A DNA stretch of 64,000 nt, from positions 116,190,001 to 116,254,000 of the forward strand of contig NC_045697.1 in the NCBI RefSeq assembly GCF_009834535.1, read 5' to 3'. Below are positions 50,619-63,800 of this stretch, piece by piece; the stretch's first letter is position 1; each line of letters starts with the position of its first letter. The translations under genes were made by a program, and so were the position numbers. The DNA is from Camelus ferus (lineage: Eukaryota). The notes below the pieces were generated by a model. That model was not told where the DNA came from. It saw nothing but the letters and a program-made list of their open reading frames with translations, and ran no database searches.

Positions 50619-52589
50619 CTTAAAAAGACAAAAACAAACAAACAAACAAACAAAAATCTTTGGAAGAATAAATAAGCAACTAAAACCCCTCACCATCACT
50701 AGGAACTGAGAATTAGGCAGCTGTGGAACAGAGGAAGAAGATCCTCCACTGTATTCCTTTCTATAGTTTTTGATGTGTGAACTATGAGGAAAAAAAGAAA
50801 ACCTTAAGTAAAGAATATTTAAAACACTAACTTTTAGATGCATTAATTTAGGTCCAGATGATGACTATTTCTGGAACACTGACAACATGCAAGAGCACGT
50901 TACCCTGTGCACTTACAATGCAAGTTAACTTTCAATCAGGAGCAGAAAAGGAGAGTCCACTAGGAGACTGTGCCCTCAACCTTCCCCAGCCCAGTACCCC
51001 TCAAAAATAGAAGACAATGAGGAGGCTAAGAGATAGCAAACAAAAGATGCTTTGGAAGGAATGATTTTTTTTAAGGAGCTAAAAATGAGAAAATTCAGAT
51101 GTTTAAAAAAAAAAAAAGCCAAGCACTTGTGTCCTTTGTAAACATCCTCCCTTTGCGTCCTGGACGGAGGTCTCTTCCAGCCCTAAAGTAAGGACATCTT
51201 CTATGTGTCATAAGGACAAAAGGGAACAAGCAGGCCTCATTGCCACAAAGTGACACATGTCTTCTGCAACCATACAACTCAGAGACATGGTTCGAACCCC
51301 GATACGCTCCCAGCACAAGCAGGACATCTGGATTTAGTCATCTGAGAAGCACTTAAGACTCTTTAAGATCTCGCATCCCAAAGCCTAGGAATCTGACTTT
51401 CATTCTGTGATCGAGGCCATGAAGCACAACCATAAACTGGTGCCGGCGCTAGAAAACGGCAGATAACCTGAACAGTGTCTGTGTCCAAGACACAGGCGTA
51501 TGCATTAATTCTTAGCACATCTGAGTAACCTGTGAACGTTTCTCGATTCTGGTCCAATTCTAGTGTGATTAGCCCCTTTCTGGATAGGGCAGCCAGACGA
51601 CAAAGGTCACCTACAAGCCAGGACGTCCTCATGGCAACAGTGAGAAAAGGAGATGTGCCAAGGATGCTTCACCCGCCAACCTGCAGATCTGGTCCCTGGC
51701 AGCAAGCTCCCAAGCTCCCAAGCCCCGTGCCCTGCTTGTTTATGTCAGCCCTGAAAACTCCCAGCTGTGCCCCTAGACAGAAAGGCCACGTGCCGAAGCC
51801 ATTCCAGGTTGAAACGTCACAAGCAGCGGGAGTAAGAGATATGCCACGGCGGCGTTTCTGACAGACCGGCAATGCCTGGTCATGCTGCTGCTGAGAAAAA
51901 CCGGTTCCTTTCCCCCACCAAGTACAGGACAACTTGGGAGGCATCAAGCTCGCCCATTCCAAAGACCAAAGAACTCGAACAGGATCTATCACTTTACATT
52001 CCTCTTCAACTGACAAAAATCTTTAGTAATGTAGCTGATTATTCAAAAAAAAAAAAACAAAACTGAGAACCAAAAGCCAACAGTAACTAAACAGAAGAAG
52101 GTATCAAGATAATACATTTATCACACTATTTAGTCACATTATATAAACTGGATAAAGTCCTGGGAAGGAGGGAATGATAATATCTCTACACCATAACATA
52201 GTGTCCAGTGACAAAATTATCAACAAATATTAGATGCTATTAAAACCATTATGTGAAACTCTATTAATTTCTGATACACCCGGTGATGAAGACAAGCTAC
52301 TTAAAAGGTAGAGTTAATATAACAATACCTAACATTTACTGAGGGTTATCTACTCGCTAAGTACCTGAATCTAAGTTAAAAGTAGACCATTCAGCCCCAC
52401 TCTACTCCAATTATTTTAAAAATTAAAATGTTAATAAAATTAGATCTTAGACCTGAAGTTCATCTCTAAAGTGCAAGTAACCTAGTGAAGCATCTTGAAT
52501 AAAGAAAAAGATCCTACAAAATCAGAACTTCACTTTGTAAAAGTCCTTACTGACAGCAATACCCACGTTGACGCCCAATCTTCTTGTAG

Positions 52590-52745
52590 AGGGAGTATGA
52601 TACAGGGAAAAGACGTGGACTTTAAAATTAGACAGCTTTGTGTCCTTAAGCAAATTACGTAACCTCTCCATACCTCAGTCCCTTCTTCACAGGTAAACTG
52701 AAGACAGCGCCTCCTGCTTAATGGGCTTGATGTAAAAACTAACTA
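52590..52745 (+). mobile_element. MIR SINE fragment (host of a younger SINE)
   Basis: gctttgtgtccttaagcaaattacgtaacctctccatacctcagtcccttc. Confidence 0.65.
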
Positions 52746-52750
52746 AAGGT

Positions 52751-52849
52751 GGGGAGGGAGCGTAGAGCTCAGTGGTAGAGCACATGTTTAGCATGCACGA
52801 GGTCCTGGGTTCAATTTCCAGTACTTCCATTAAAAAAAAAAAAAAAAAA
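52751..52849 (+). mobile_element. Vic-1-type tRNA-derived SINE, short form with poly(A)
   Basis: agagctcagtggtagagcacatgtttagcatgcacgaggtcctgggttcaatttccagtacttcca followed by A18. Confidence 0.9.
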
Positions 52850-53829
52850 CTTAAAATACCCAAAACAAAAACTATTTTGAGGAAGAAAGCCTAGTTGCCT
52901 TTCAACAATGTCAATTGTTTTTTGATACCTTCCCTCAGCCCTCAGTTGTTTTTTCTTGGTTACGTTCTTCCTAGATGTAAAATGAAGAGCAAACAACCCA
53001 ACGCGAAGTACTATTTATTATTACACTGACAGCTCCTAAAATCACTAACATGGACCTCTTACTAAGGATAACCAGAAGTGTAACATAAAGATTCGTTCAT
53101 TTACTGTTGCACCTTTCAATAGTGAACGTTTACATTATAAAAGTAATTCAAATTCCTCTTCAAATTCTTCAAAAACAGTCATGAGGTTTTTATTCCACAC
53201 TCTTACATTGATTAATACTCTTATGTACGTCTCTGGCTATATGTCAAGGTTCACAGAGCACCGAAACTTATAGACAGAATGATGACAGATTTCAATAAAC
53301 GGAAAGGAAAAGAAAATCATATCCGTTCATAGCTCACAATTACAAAGCTTTTATTCTAAAAGCATGTATTCTGAAGAACACTCAGAATAGAATATATATA
53401 CATGTTACACATATGGAAAGACTTTGCCACTTTTGAGTACTTTTAAAAGTGAAAAATTGGAGGCTCAGCTTTTTTACTCAAAATAAAATAATCAAAGCTA
53501 CTCGAGATAACACCAGTGCAGATGAGTTCTTACACGATGGTGCTTTGAAGTCCGAAAATGCTTTCGCAAGGAAAAGCTCTTTAAAAACTCAACGTGAAGC
53601 CTGTGCTTCTCAAATGGTCCAGATAAGGATTAAGCTGGACAACCCAATAAAGGAGCAATTTGGAAACACGGTTTTACTGCCTTACCTGGAAACAGGCATA
53701 TTTCTGTAAGTGCTATTAGCCAAATACTAGAAGGATCTTAGTCCATCATCTCTAAACGTGACTCACAATTCCTACCGGCACTAATACGTTTGCTGTGTCA
53801 GTGATCGTCATGTCACACTAGCGTAGACT

Positions 53830-53980
53830 TCCCCATTTGCGAAGTACTTTCTCATATATTATGCTCATTCAAGCCATAACAAACACCCTGGAAAACAGGA
53901 AAGGTACAACAGTGTGCTCTGTTTCACAAACCAGAAAAATGAAGCACAGTGAAAGCTGCCAAGGTCGCTCAAAGAGTAAG
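53830..53980 (-). mobile_element. MIR fragment
   Basis: ctctgtttcacaaaccagaaaaatgaagcacagtgaaagctgccaaggtcgc. Confidence 0.55.
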
Positions 53981-56167
53981 GAGTGTAGCAGCAGTGTCGC
54001 CCTTCCAGTGACTCTTCCTCATTAGAATTACAGACCCCAAAATGAGTGACAGCAGTAGAGCAACTTCAATGCCAAGGGACTTACAGCATTACCAGTCTCA
54101 ATTTTTTTCTCTTGGATCTTCCAAGAGATCAGATATACAATTTAACATATTGTTAATCTAACTTAAGGAAGGTTACAAGATAGATGTGTAAAACAAAAAG
54201 TTCAGAATCCTGTAGAAGCAAATGCATACATACCCAAATAAAATCCAAGGCAACAACTGAAGTCTAGGGCTTAGGAGTTCACAGTGTCACGCGTGGAATT
54301 CAGGTTTTTACTTCTGACTTGCTTCTGTGGCTTACCAAAGTCATGGTGACTGAGTAATATTTGGATCACTATGGCTTAACCACACAATTCTAGGAATCAA
54401 TTGTGGCTCAGTCTTAAAATAATCACGAGCCAAAGTCACATTATGCTCAAATAGTAAAAAAAAATAATTTCTGAAGAGTTAAATTTTAAAACCGTAACAA
54501 ATTGGATCAGGTCCCAACAGTATTACGTATTGAATAACCATGAGACTGTCTGCCACACTTTATACGTTTAAATATTTATGGAATGATACAGAATTACAAA
54601 ACACCACAGAAACACAAATGCCAATAAGATAGTTTCACCTTCAAGGAATTTTGGAGTTTAAAACAGGAAATAAAGCACATTAAAAACTCTAAGACGCTGA
54701 TGAAAGAAATTGAAGAAGACACAAATAAAGTTGAGAGATAGTCCACGCTCATGGATTGGAAGAATACTGTGAAAATGACCACACTAAGCAAAGCAATCCA
54801 CAAATTCAATGTAATCCCTATCAAAATTCCAATGACATTTTCCACAGAACTACAACAAATAATTTTAAAATTTGTATGGGAACACAAAAAGACCCTGACT
54901 AGCCAAAACAACCTTGAGAAAGAACAGAAAAGCTGGAGGCATCACATTCCCTGGTTTCAGAGCATATTTCAAAGCTACAGTCATCAAAACAATATGGCAT
55001 TGGTATAAATACAGACACACAGATCAATGCAACAGCATAAAAGACCAGAAATAAACCCACACATACAGGGCAATTAATTTACAACAAAGGAGCCAAAAAC
55101 ATACAATGAAGAAAAGACAGCCTTCAACAAATGGTGCAGGGAAAACTGGACAACCACATGCAAAAGACTGAAACAAGACTATTATCTTTCACTATACACA
55201 AAAATTAACTAAACACAGACTAAAGACTTGAATGTAAGAACTGAAAACCATAAATTCCTAGAAGAAAACATAGGCAGTAACTTCCCTGGCACTGGTCTTG
55301 GCAATATTTTCAGATCTGACTCCAAAGGCATGGGATACAAAAACAAAAATAAACAAGTGGGAATACATCAAACTAAAAAACTTCTGCCATGAAGGAAGCC
55401 ATCAACAAAATGAAAAGGCACCCTACTGAATGGGAGAAGGTATCTACAAATTGTATATCTGATAAGGAGTTAATACCCAAAATACAAAAAGAATTCACAC
55501 AACTCAACATCAAAGAAACAAATGGGTAGAGGACTGAACAGACACTTTCCCAAGAAGACATCCAGATGGCCAACAGGCACATGAAAAGATGCTCAACATC
55601 ACTAATCACCAGGGAAATGCAAATCAAAACCACACAGCTCTTAGGATGACTATTATCAAGAAGACAACAAATAACAAGTGTCGGCAAGGACGTGGAGAGA
55701 AGGGAACCCTCATGTCCTGTTGGTGGGAACGTAAGTTGGTGTAGCTGCTGTGGAAGAAAGTATGGAGGTTCCTGGAAAAATTAAGAATAGAACTACCACA
55801 TGACATAGCTATTCCAATTCTGAGTTGTTTATGCAAAGAATATGAAAACACTAATCTGAAAAGATATCTGCTCCCCTATGTTCACTGCAGCATTATTTAT
55901 AATAGCCAAGATGTGAAAAACAACAGAATTGTCCATCAGTGGATGAATGGATAAAGAAAATGTCTCACACACACACACACACACAAAAGAATATTACTAA
56001 GTAAAGAAGAATGAAATCTTGCTATTTGCAACAATATGGATGGACCTTGAGGGAATTATGCTAACTGAAATAAGTCAGATGGAGGAAAGACAAATATTGT
56101 ATGATTTCACTTACACATAGAATCTAAAAAAACAAATGCACAAGCCAAACAAAACAAAAACAAACTG

Positions 56168-56320
56168 GCAGGAGGGTACAGCTCAGTGGTAGAGTGCATG
56201 CTTAGTATGCAGGAGGTCCTAGGTTCAGGCCCCAGTATCTCCATTACAAAAAATAAATGAATAAATAAACTTAATTACCTCCCTCCCATATAAATAAATA
56301 AACAAATTTAAAAAAAAAAA
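56168..56320 (+). mobile_element. Vic-1-type SINE, long form, nested in the L1 3'UTR
   Basis: ggagggtacagctcagtggtagagtgcatgcttagtatgcaggaggtcctaggttc ... aaataaacttaattacctccctccc ... poly(A); TSD-like aaaacaaactg / aaaaaaaactg. Confidence 0.9.
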
Positions 56321-56537
56321 AACTGAGAGATACAGGGAACAGACTGGTGGTCTCAGGGTGGAAGGGAATTGGGGAGCAGAGAGCAAAATGGGTGAAGGGG
56401 GTCAACTGTGCAGTGATGAACTAAAACAAGACACAGAGTGGTGGTCACTATGCAGGGCACACAAGTATCAATGATGTTGTACACCTGAAATGTCCACAAT
56501 GTCATGTCCAATTTTACCTCAATAAAAAAATAAAATA

Positions 56538-56622
56538 ATATGCATATAAATGCATGACTGAGACATTATGCTGTGCACCAGAAACTGACACACTGTGACT
56601 GACAGTACTTCAATTTTTAAAA
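56538..56622 (+). mobile_element. Short younger L1 3' terminus inserted in the older L1 A-tail
   Basis: tgcatgactgagacattatgctgtgcaccagaaactgacacactgtgactgacagtacttcaa resembles the reverse complement of the 9.5-kb L1 terminus. Confidence 0.75.
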
Positions 56623-56640
56623 GTAATATAAATAAGTAAA

Positions 56641-56990
56641 TAAAACAGGAGATAAGATGTGTATACCTAATAATTATGAAACAATTACCAGAGGATAAAT
56701 GCCTTGCAGAGATGCGCAAGTTTAAAACCAGTAAAAAGCCCATAAAGAACAATTCAACCTTGGGCTCGAGTGACCAGAAGAAAGCTTCGTGGAGAAGGAA
56801 ACATTTAAGCCAGTCCCTTAAAAGTGACGGGGGTAGGTGTGAGGGAGGGAGGGAGACCAGCACTGAATGGAGTCACCAGGAAGGGTAGAAAGGGGAGGCG
56901 TCGGACCTGGCCAGTGGGACACTGACAGAGGCCTGAGGAGGACGAAACTTAGAAGGAAAAGAAGAGCTACCAAGGACAACAAAGGAATGT
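56641..56990 (-). mobile_element. LINE-2 fragment (continuation of about 54560-54673)
   Basis: cagaagaaagcttcgtggagaaggaaacatttaagccagtcccttaaaag resembles L2 in reverse orientation. Confidence 0.55.
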
Positions 56991-58639
56991 CCCCTTTCCC
57001 AAACTCCGCGGTTAGTTTCTTACAAAATCAGTTCCAACAGAGCAGCAGTTTGCCCAGAAGATCATGCAAGACGATTGTTCTCTGTGGTTACAAGGCTCAC
57101 TCTTGAAAATTACCATCCACATGAGCGGGCCCCTACTTGACAATGAGAAATGAGGCCTTGGGTTCCCCTCTGAAATACCACCCAAAGTAAACAGGTCCAC
57201 ACAGCACTGCTCTTCTTGTGCTCTCCGTCTTATAATCAACGGAGAAAAGGAAAAATGAAGGGAAACGTAAATCAGGACCTACTCCAGAGGCAGCGCAGAC
57301 GGGGTCATTTCGAAGGTGTTCCTTTTCACAGTCAGAGGGGGGAGTGTTTATCTAGTAAATTCAGAAGAAAATGTGGAGAAATTCTTAGAATCTTCTCAAA
57401 GAGATGATAGAGATTAGCCACTTTTTTTAAAGCCTTGGACAAGAACAAGTAAATGACATTTTACAGTAAGTCATTTCACTTATTTCATATATAAAGAAAA
57501 CTGCAAGATATACAGAAGGCCAGATCTTAAGCGAAGGGTGGGATTTTTCTTATGTCTCCTAAAACAAAAACAAAAAAACAAAAAACAAACAAACAAACAA
57601 ACAAAAAAAAAAAAAGGCACCCAGCTTGACAAGTATGGCTTGCTTTCTGCCAGACTTGCAAAGATTTCTAGGAGATGCTATTTTCTTTTCTCTTTCCCTC
57701 ATGCTGTTCTGTCTTTTCTTTTGACCAATTTGAATATTGTTTTCCTAAAAATTGATTCAGTATGTTTAATATCTACTCCCTTCCTTAAAAAAAAAAATCA
57801 CAAACAGAAGTGTTCAAAATACTGTACAATGCCTAAAGTTTAAATTAAATAGTTCTCGATCCTTTCCAGAGGACATTAACTGACTGTTTCCATGGATAAC
57901 TTTAGCGGTAACGTCTGAAAGAATGAACACTGATTACCCTCTAAGGATAACGTACTGAAGGACCATGAACACCAGGAACATTTCTATTGGGGAGTGAGGA
58001 GTTCTGATACTATATACATTGTAATAAGGTTTTTATCAGCATCCTCTACAAAGTTTCACTCAACGCTGGCAAAGACACTGTTGCAATTCTGGAGTAGTCA
58101 GTGTCTCCCACCTGAACTCTGATGAAAGCAAATCCTCTCACCTGAGTAATTTTACTTCTAACTCCACAAGTCCCATGGAATAGTCTCTTTTCTTTACTCA
58201 CACTGATACAATTCATTACCACAGATGTACAAGTTATACTCTGTCAACTGTTTAAATTCTGTCTGCGATTGCCAAGAAGTAACAGCTACTCCACAGCACC
58301 CTGCAGGAGGAAAGACTACCAACCCACGTGAGTTTCTGTTTGGATGCAAGATAAAGAAAGATAACTAACTTAATAAAAAGTAAACGGTTTTATCTCTGAA
58401 TCCAATTTAAAGGTTTAGATAATATGCCTACCACCATTTCTTTAAAAGATAAAGTAGCAGGCAAATAATTCTTGATTGTAAACATAATGGAAATTAGGGT
58501 ATTTCTGAGTACACGAAGTTGATTAATTACGCAGAGCACCCGGCGTGTGCCAGGGACTGGGGCCTGGTACAGTGGATGGGCTTAAACAACTCATAGTTTC
58601 ATTTTGTTTCAATAGCAGAAGCCTAATGTAAGAAGAGGA

Positions 58640-59515
58640 TTTTTTTTTAACATTTTTTATTGATTTATAATCATTTTACAATGTGTCAAATTCCAGTGTA
58701 GAGCACAATTTTTCAGTTATACATGAACACACTTATATTCATTGTCACATTTTTTTCTCTGTGAGCTACCATAAGATCTTGTGTATATTTCCCTGTGCTA
58801 TACAGGATAATCTTGTTTATCTATTCTACAATTTTGAAATCCCAGTCTATCCCTTCCCACCCTCTGCCCCCTTGGCAACCACAAGTTTGTATTCTATGTC
58901 TATGAGTCTATTTCTGTTTTGTATTTATGCTGTTTGTTTGTTTGTTTTTTAGACTCCACACATGAGTGATCTCATATGGTATTTTTCTTTCTCTTTCTGG
59001 CTTACTTCACTTAGAATGACATTCTCCAGGAGCATCCATGTTGCTGCAAATGGTGTTATGTTGTCAGTTTTTATGGCTGAGTAGTATTCCATTGTATAAA
59101 TATACCACAACTTCTTTATCCAGTCATCTGTTGATGGACATTTAGGCTGTCTCCATGTCTTCACTATTGTAAATAGTGCTGCTATGAACATTGGGGTGCA
59201 GGTGTCATTTTGAAGTAGGGTTCCTTCTGGATATATGCCCAGGAGCAGGATTCCTGGGTCATATGGTAAGTCTATTCCCAGTCTTTTGAGGAATCTCCAT
59301 ACTGTTTTCCACAGGGGCTGCACCAAACTGCATTCCCACCAGCAGTGTAGGAGGGTTCCCTTTCTCCACAGCCTCTCCAGTATTTGCCATTTGTGGATTT
59401 TTGAATGATGGCCATTCTGACAGGTGTGAAGTGATAACTCATTGTAGTTTTGATTTGCATTTCTCTGATAATTAGTGATATTGAGCATTTTTTCATGTGC
59501 CTATTGATCATTTGT
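58640..59515 (-). mobile_element. Relatively young 5'-truncated L1 (about 875 bp), sense to the gene, with 18-bp TSD; ORF2 C-terminus readable across one frameshift
   Basis: ORFs 59272-59511 and 58949-59488 join to ...[20 protein letters not shown]...[20 protein letters not shown]...YYSAIK...; TSD atgtaagaagaggatttt (58626-58643) / atgtaggaagagggtttt (59516-59533); AATAAA on minus at 58656-58661. Confidence 0.95.
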
Positions 59516-60127
59516 ATGTAGGAAGAGGGTTTTCTTAAAACTCATCTAACTCTAGATTTCTTAAAAACCTAAAAAAAGGCCACAGACTCACAGAAAACCT
59601 AGAAAAAGGCCACAGTTACAAAAAAAAAAAAAAAAAAAAGTCAGGCTGGAAAACGTATGACAACAATCTATACAAAAATATGTCCTTCCTAGGAGCAAAA
59701 CTGTACAACACAGAAAAACCCTGTTGGGTGAACTTTAACAGGTGAACAATAATAAATAATACACATTATACTCAGTGTCTTTAGGACTATCTATGAAGAG
59801 TCAATAATGCTATTGAGGAACAGAATTTCTTTTCTCCTTTCCGAGTGTATTTGTGAAGAGCACCAGGAGATACTATATTAGGATAACTAAAAGTCCAGGT
59901 CCTCTTTGGATATACCCAGAAAGAACAAAATAATTGAAATGGGACAAGAGAGCTTTGCTTTTGCTGTGTTTAAGTAACAGCGAGACTAGGATGGGGTGTC
60001 TCTCTTCCACCTCATTTCCCTTTGGGTAAAGCTACCTCCTTGGGAAAATGATCAGACTTACAATTATAACAGACCTGTGAGATCCTTGAGCCCTGAAATC
60101 AGCTGGAAGTTCTCAGAAACGAGAGTC

Positions 60128-60325
60128 CAAGGCAAAGGACAAACCTGTTCTGTAAAGAGCCAGACAGTAAATGCTTCAGGCTTTGCAGGCCAGACTCAGG
60201 CTCTGGCATGAAGGCAGCCTCGGACAACACGGAAAGACTGAGCCCAGCCGTGTCCCAACAAAACTTCATACAAAACAGGCTAGGGGCTGAATGTGGCCCA
60301 GGGGCTACAGTCTGCTCATCCCAAC
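60128..60325. mobile_element. MER58A-like hAT-Charlie element
   Basis: caaacctgttctgtaaagagccagacagtaaatgcttcaggctttgcaggcca ... tggcccaggggctacagtctgct. Confidence 0.85.
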
Positions 60326-62240
60326 CTAGGGGGTTAAATTTTCAACAGTTTGATGGCTCTGTCCCTGTCACACGGGGACATTCACCCAACTACTCTGGGT
60401 ATTTATTTCCTCTACTCAGAAGTCCAAACTGGACAAGGGGTTTCAACATTTTTAGTGGTAAATCTCCTCTTTCTAATAAAAATGAAGGGTGGAGGCTAAG
60501 CTAGATTTCTAGGACTCCCCAGAGGCCCCGAGAAGCCTCCACGTCTGTGAGACACTGAGGAAACCATTGGTCAGCTGATCCCGAAGGTTCCACTCAACGC
60601 CAAGAACCAGCGTTGGCCTCAGCATCACCTCAGGCACCATCAGAAGGTGAGGGAAGCAACCTGTGGATCCTGGGCCGTTCAGATTCCTGAGAAATCACAC
60701 GATCTCCTCCCACAAAGAAGAGCAGCCTCATGACAATGTTAAAAATGACCAAAAGTACAGGGGAAAAGCAGAAGACAATGAAGTTAAAGCTAAATTCTAA
60801 TCTATGTGTGTATATAATTAAGATGTCTTTTGCTACAAATTTGCAAAAATTTTACCCAGAACAAGTTTAATGACAGGTTACTTTTTTCTAAAGTTCTATA
60901 TATAATCAATAAGTAAGGTTTCAGTGCAGCATATTTAATCTGTTTCTGAAATCACCTGTTAAGAAGTTAATACATTTGCTTATAAACCATTCTACAATTT
61001 AAAAATGGTCACTGTATCTATTAAAATGGGTCAAGGCTAGGATCTCTACTTAGTTACAGTCTGCAAGTTAGTTCCAAATATTAGAGTTTAATTTTATAAG
61101 TCTATCATTAATTTAAACTGTTGTCCCTGATGATAATCAAAATCTCAAATTAACAAAATTAAAAAAAAACAGATATTGCATAATATAACAAAGGTGTCAC
61201 AGGATATCAGAGGAAGAATTTACACATATGTCTGTTAAATAACAGTGAAGCACGTAAATCACAGTTCAAAATCCCAGCACCAAAGTGATTAAACTTACAG
61301 GCAGGTGACTGCCTGATACTCCATAAAAATAACTTTGTTCCACAAAAGTACACGTTTCTATAAGGAGGACTTGAACCAAAAGTTGCTGCCCCTTTCAGCT
61401 TTCACCCAATTCACTACTAACATAGAAGCATACAATTACTTTTTCCCCTGTACCTCAAATTCTTGGGAAAAACAAAGACCAAGCCATTAAACATTTGCTG
61501 GCTCCAGTTCTGTGCTGCAGAGCACACCAAGTCCTGGGCTTTAGACATGACTGGCAAGCCCCAGGCCAGCAGGCTCTCTAGTGAGGCTGGTGGACACAGA
61601 GCAAGTCAGTCCATTTTAAGTGAAACCAAGGCTCCAGCTTGGACTACAAATTCAGGCATATACTACCTCCCAGTCCCCCACACACACACCCAAAACAATT
61701 AACTTATATTAAAAAAAAAAAAAAAGACTATTTTAAATTAAATCCCACTCTTTCCAATAACATTTCTAGCCATTAGCTTCTGACAGCAAACTGCTTAAAT
61801 GACCTAACAACACATTAAGAGCAATTTATCTACATAAATCTGGAATGCGATCATAAAAAGCCCATAAACAAACACCACGGTTGCCCTAAGGCAGGACATG
61901 GTGCGTACTTATCTAATATCAAAGCTAGTCTTGTACAATAGCCAAAAAGATTGCACTGTGTAGTGCAGGGAAATATATACAAGATGAAACCACCTTTCTT
62001 AAAGACAGAAGTTTGTAAGTATGAATCAACAAGTTATAGAAAGCTCTATTCAAACAGCTGTTACAAACATTGTATACACAAACGTATATTTAGCTCTAAA
62101 AAGTGATTATTTAGCTTTTAGGAGGAATGACAAATTGAAAACTTCAAAGTCCCAGAAAAATGACAAAATATTACTACACATAGAAACTTCAGATCACAAA
62201 ATTGGAGCACATTAAAAAGTTTTCAAAAAATAAGAGTAAA

Positions 62241-62391
62241 TTTTTTTTTGTGGGGAGGGGGGTAAATTAGGTTTGCTTGTTTATTTATTTGTTTGTTTGT
62301 TTGTTTGTTTTTAGAGGAGGTACTGGGGATTGAACCCAGGACCTCATGCATTCAAGGCATGTGCTCTACCACTTGAGCTACACCCTCCCCC
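62241..62391 (-). mobile_element. Vic-1-type SINE, long form, with TSD
   Basis: Reverse complement ggggagggtgtagctcaagtggtagagcacatgccttgaatgcatgaggtcctgggttcaatccccagtacctcc; TSD agagtaa(a)ttt on both sides. Confidence 0.92.
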
Positions 62392-63684
62392 ACAACAGAG
62401 TAATTTGAAACAAAAAGAATTGACTTAGAACATATAAATCTACATCTTACTTGAAATCAATACTTAAATCAATAGTCATCATGTAGAAATAATTATACTT
62501 AAGAGTTACATTCAGTGTTTTATTTATATCTATATATAAAATTCACCCACTGGTATTTTAACCTCTATTTTCAAAGAAGAGACTGTGCTTCAGAAAATTA
62601 CTAATCATACATCTAATAAGTAAGCCAAGAAGTTGAATATGTTTATACATTATATATCTGTATTCATTTCTCCCTAACTGTGGCTAAAGGAATACAGCTG
62701 TGTAATACATTAAGACTTTCAAAGAGGTCTCCCGAGAATCACTGCATAAACTTAGGAAAACGATGTCTCCTATGCAAAGTAGGTTGGACAAATACTATCA
62801 ACCGACAGCACTCATCCATCTTCATCTCCTTCTTTCCGGCCCTTCTGTAATATAGAGGCGGAAAAGGAAAATACTCAAACTGTCAGTCTCCTAGCAACTA
62901 GGAGGAGCCACGGACACAGCTCCGGCCAATTGCAAGTACCTGGAGAGGGTGTTCCTTCAAAATGAAAGGCAAACTCTTTCCAAGAAAAGCATTTTCCACC
63001 TCCTCCCTTCTCTCTTCTCCCCTGCTTGGTGGTGCAGCCATCACCTTGGGACTTGGAAAACTAAAATCACTTGCTAAGTAGAATGAACTGGTTTTCTTAG
63101 TGACAACATGACCATCTGCATTAACCCTGCACCGCCTAACTTTAGAGTTCTTACTGTGTGTGGAAAATGAGCCCACAGGTAAGCCTCTGTGTGTGCAGTT
63201 TCTGATAACCTGCAGACTAATGCAAGTCTAACTCAATCCAAGCCAGGAACCAAGTCTATCAAATGGATGTATATTACAAATCATTTTGGTGAATCAATCG
63301 TAAGACATGACTGATGAAAAATCATCTAAGGGAAAAATAAATACCAACTATTGAAAATAATAATACTAATAATAAAAAACGGTAAACACTCTAAAGACTG
63401 TTGAAGAACTTTAAAGCACACAAACATGTTTACTCTGGGAGGCTGATATTACCACACTCACCCATGGTAAAATTTTAGCAATCCTTGACAAAAACAGAAC
63501 AATATGGTGAAGGAAAGGTAAATTTACTTATTCTGAGATTATGACCTTTCTATCTTTGCAACATTAAAATGTCCTTTCTTCTATGAAATGGGGTTAGTGG
63601 GGAACAAGTCTACATTCATCTTAACATGCTCACTTGGCAAAATAAACAGGTGGCAAACCAACATCGGCTCCCCAGAGTTCTGCG

Positions 63685-63800
63685 AAGCTTTAACAGCCCA
63701 GGAAATGCAAGGGTCTGAGCCCCACTAGCGTTAAGTGACCTGCCCAGGACCACAAAGCAGTTTGTGGTCTGGACATCAGGGTCCAGGCTCATAACCGCTA
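63685..63800 (-). mobile_element. MIR fragment
   Basis: gttaagtgacctgcccaggaccacaaagcagtttgtgg. Confidence 0.6.

Larger units (their letters stand above)
54674..56640 (+). mobile_element. 5'-truncated L1 (ORF2 3' part plus 3'UTR) with 15-bp TSD, inserted into an L2 and carrying two later insertions
   Basis: ORF2-like peptide ([37 protein letters not shown]); TSD taaaacaggaaataa (54659-54673) / taaaacaggagataa (56641-56655). Confidence 0.92.

Noticed and set aside
58949..59488. 179-aa ORF as a host gene
   Set aside because: It is the C-terminus of L1 ORF2 in a 5'-truncated, frameshifted element with no endonuclease or reverse transcriptase domain.
62998..63045. Possible alternative first exon MAAPPSRGEERREE (minus strand)
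   Set aside because: The donor GAG|gtggaa is weak, there is no promoter or CpG island context, and it does not match the RAPGEF2 exon 1 peptide I recall.
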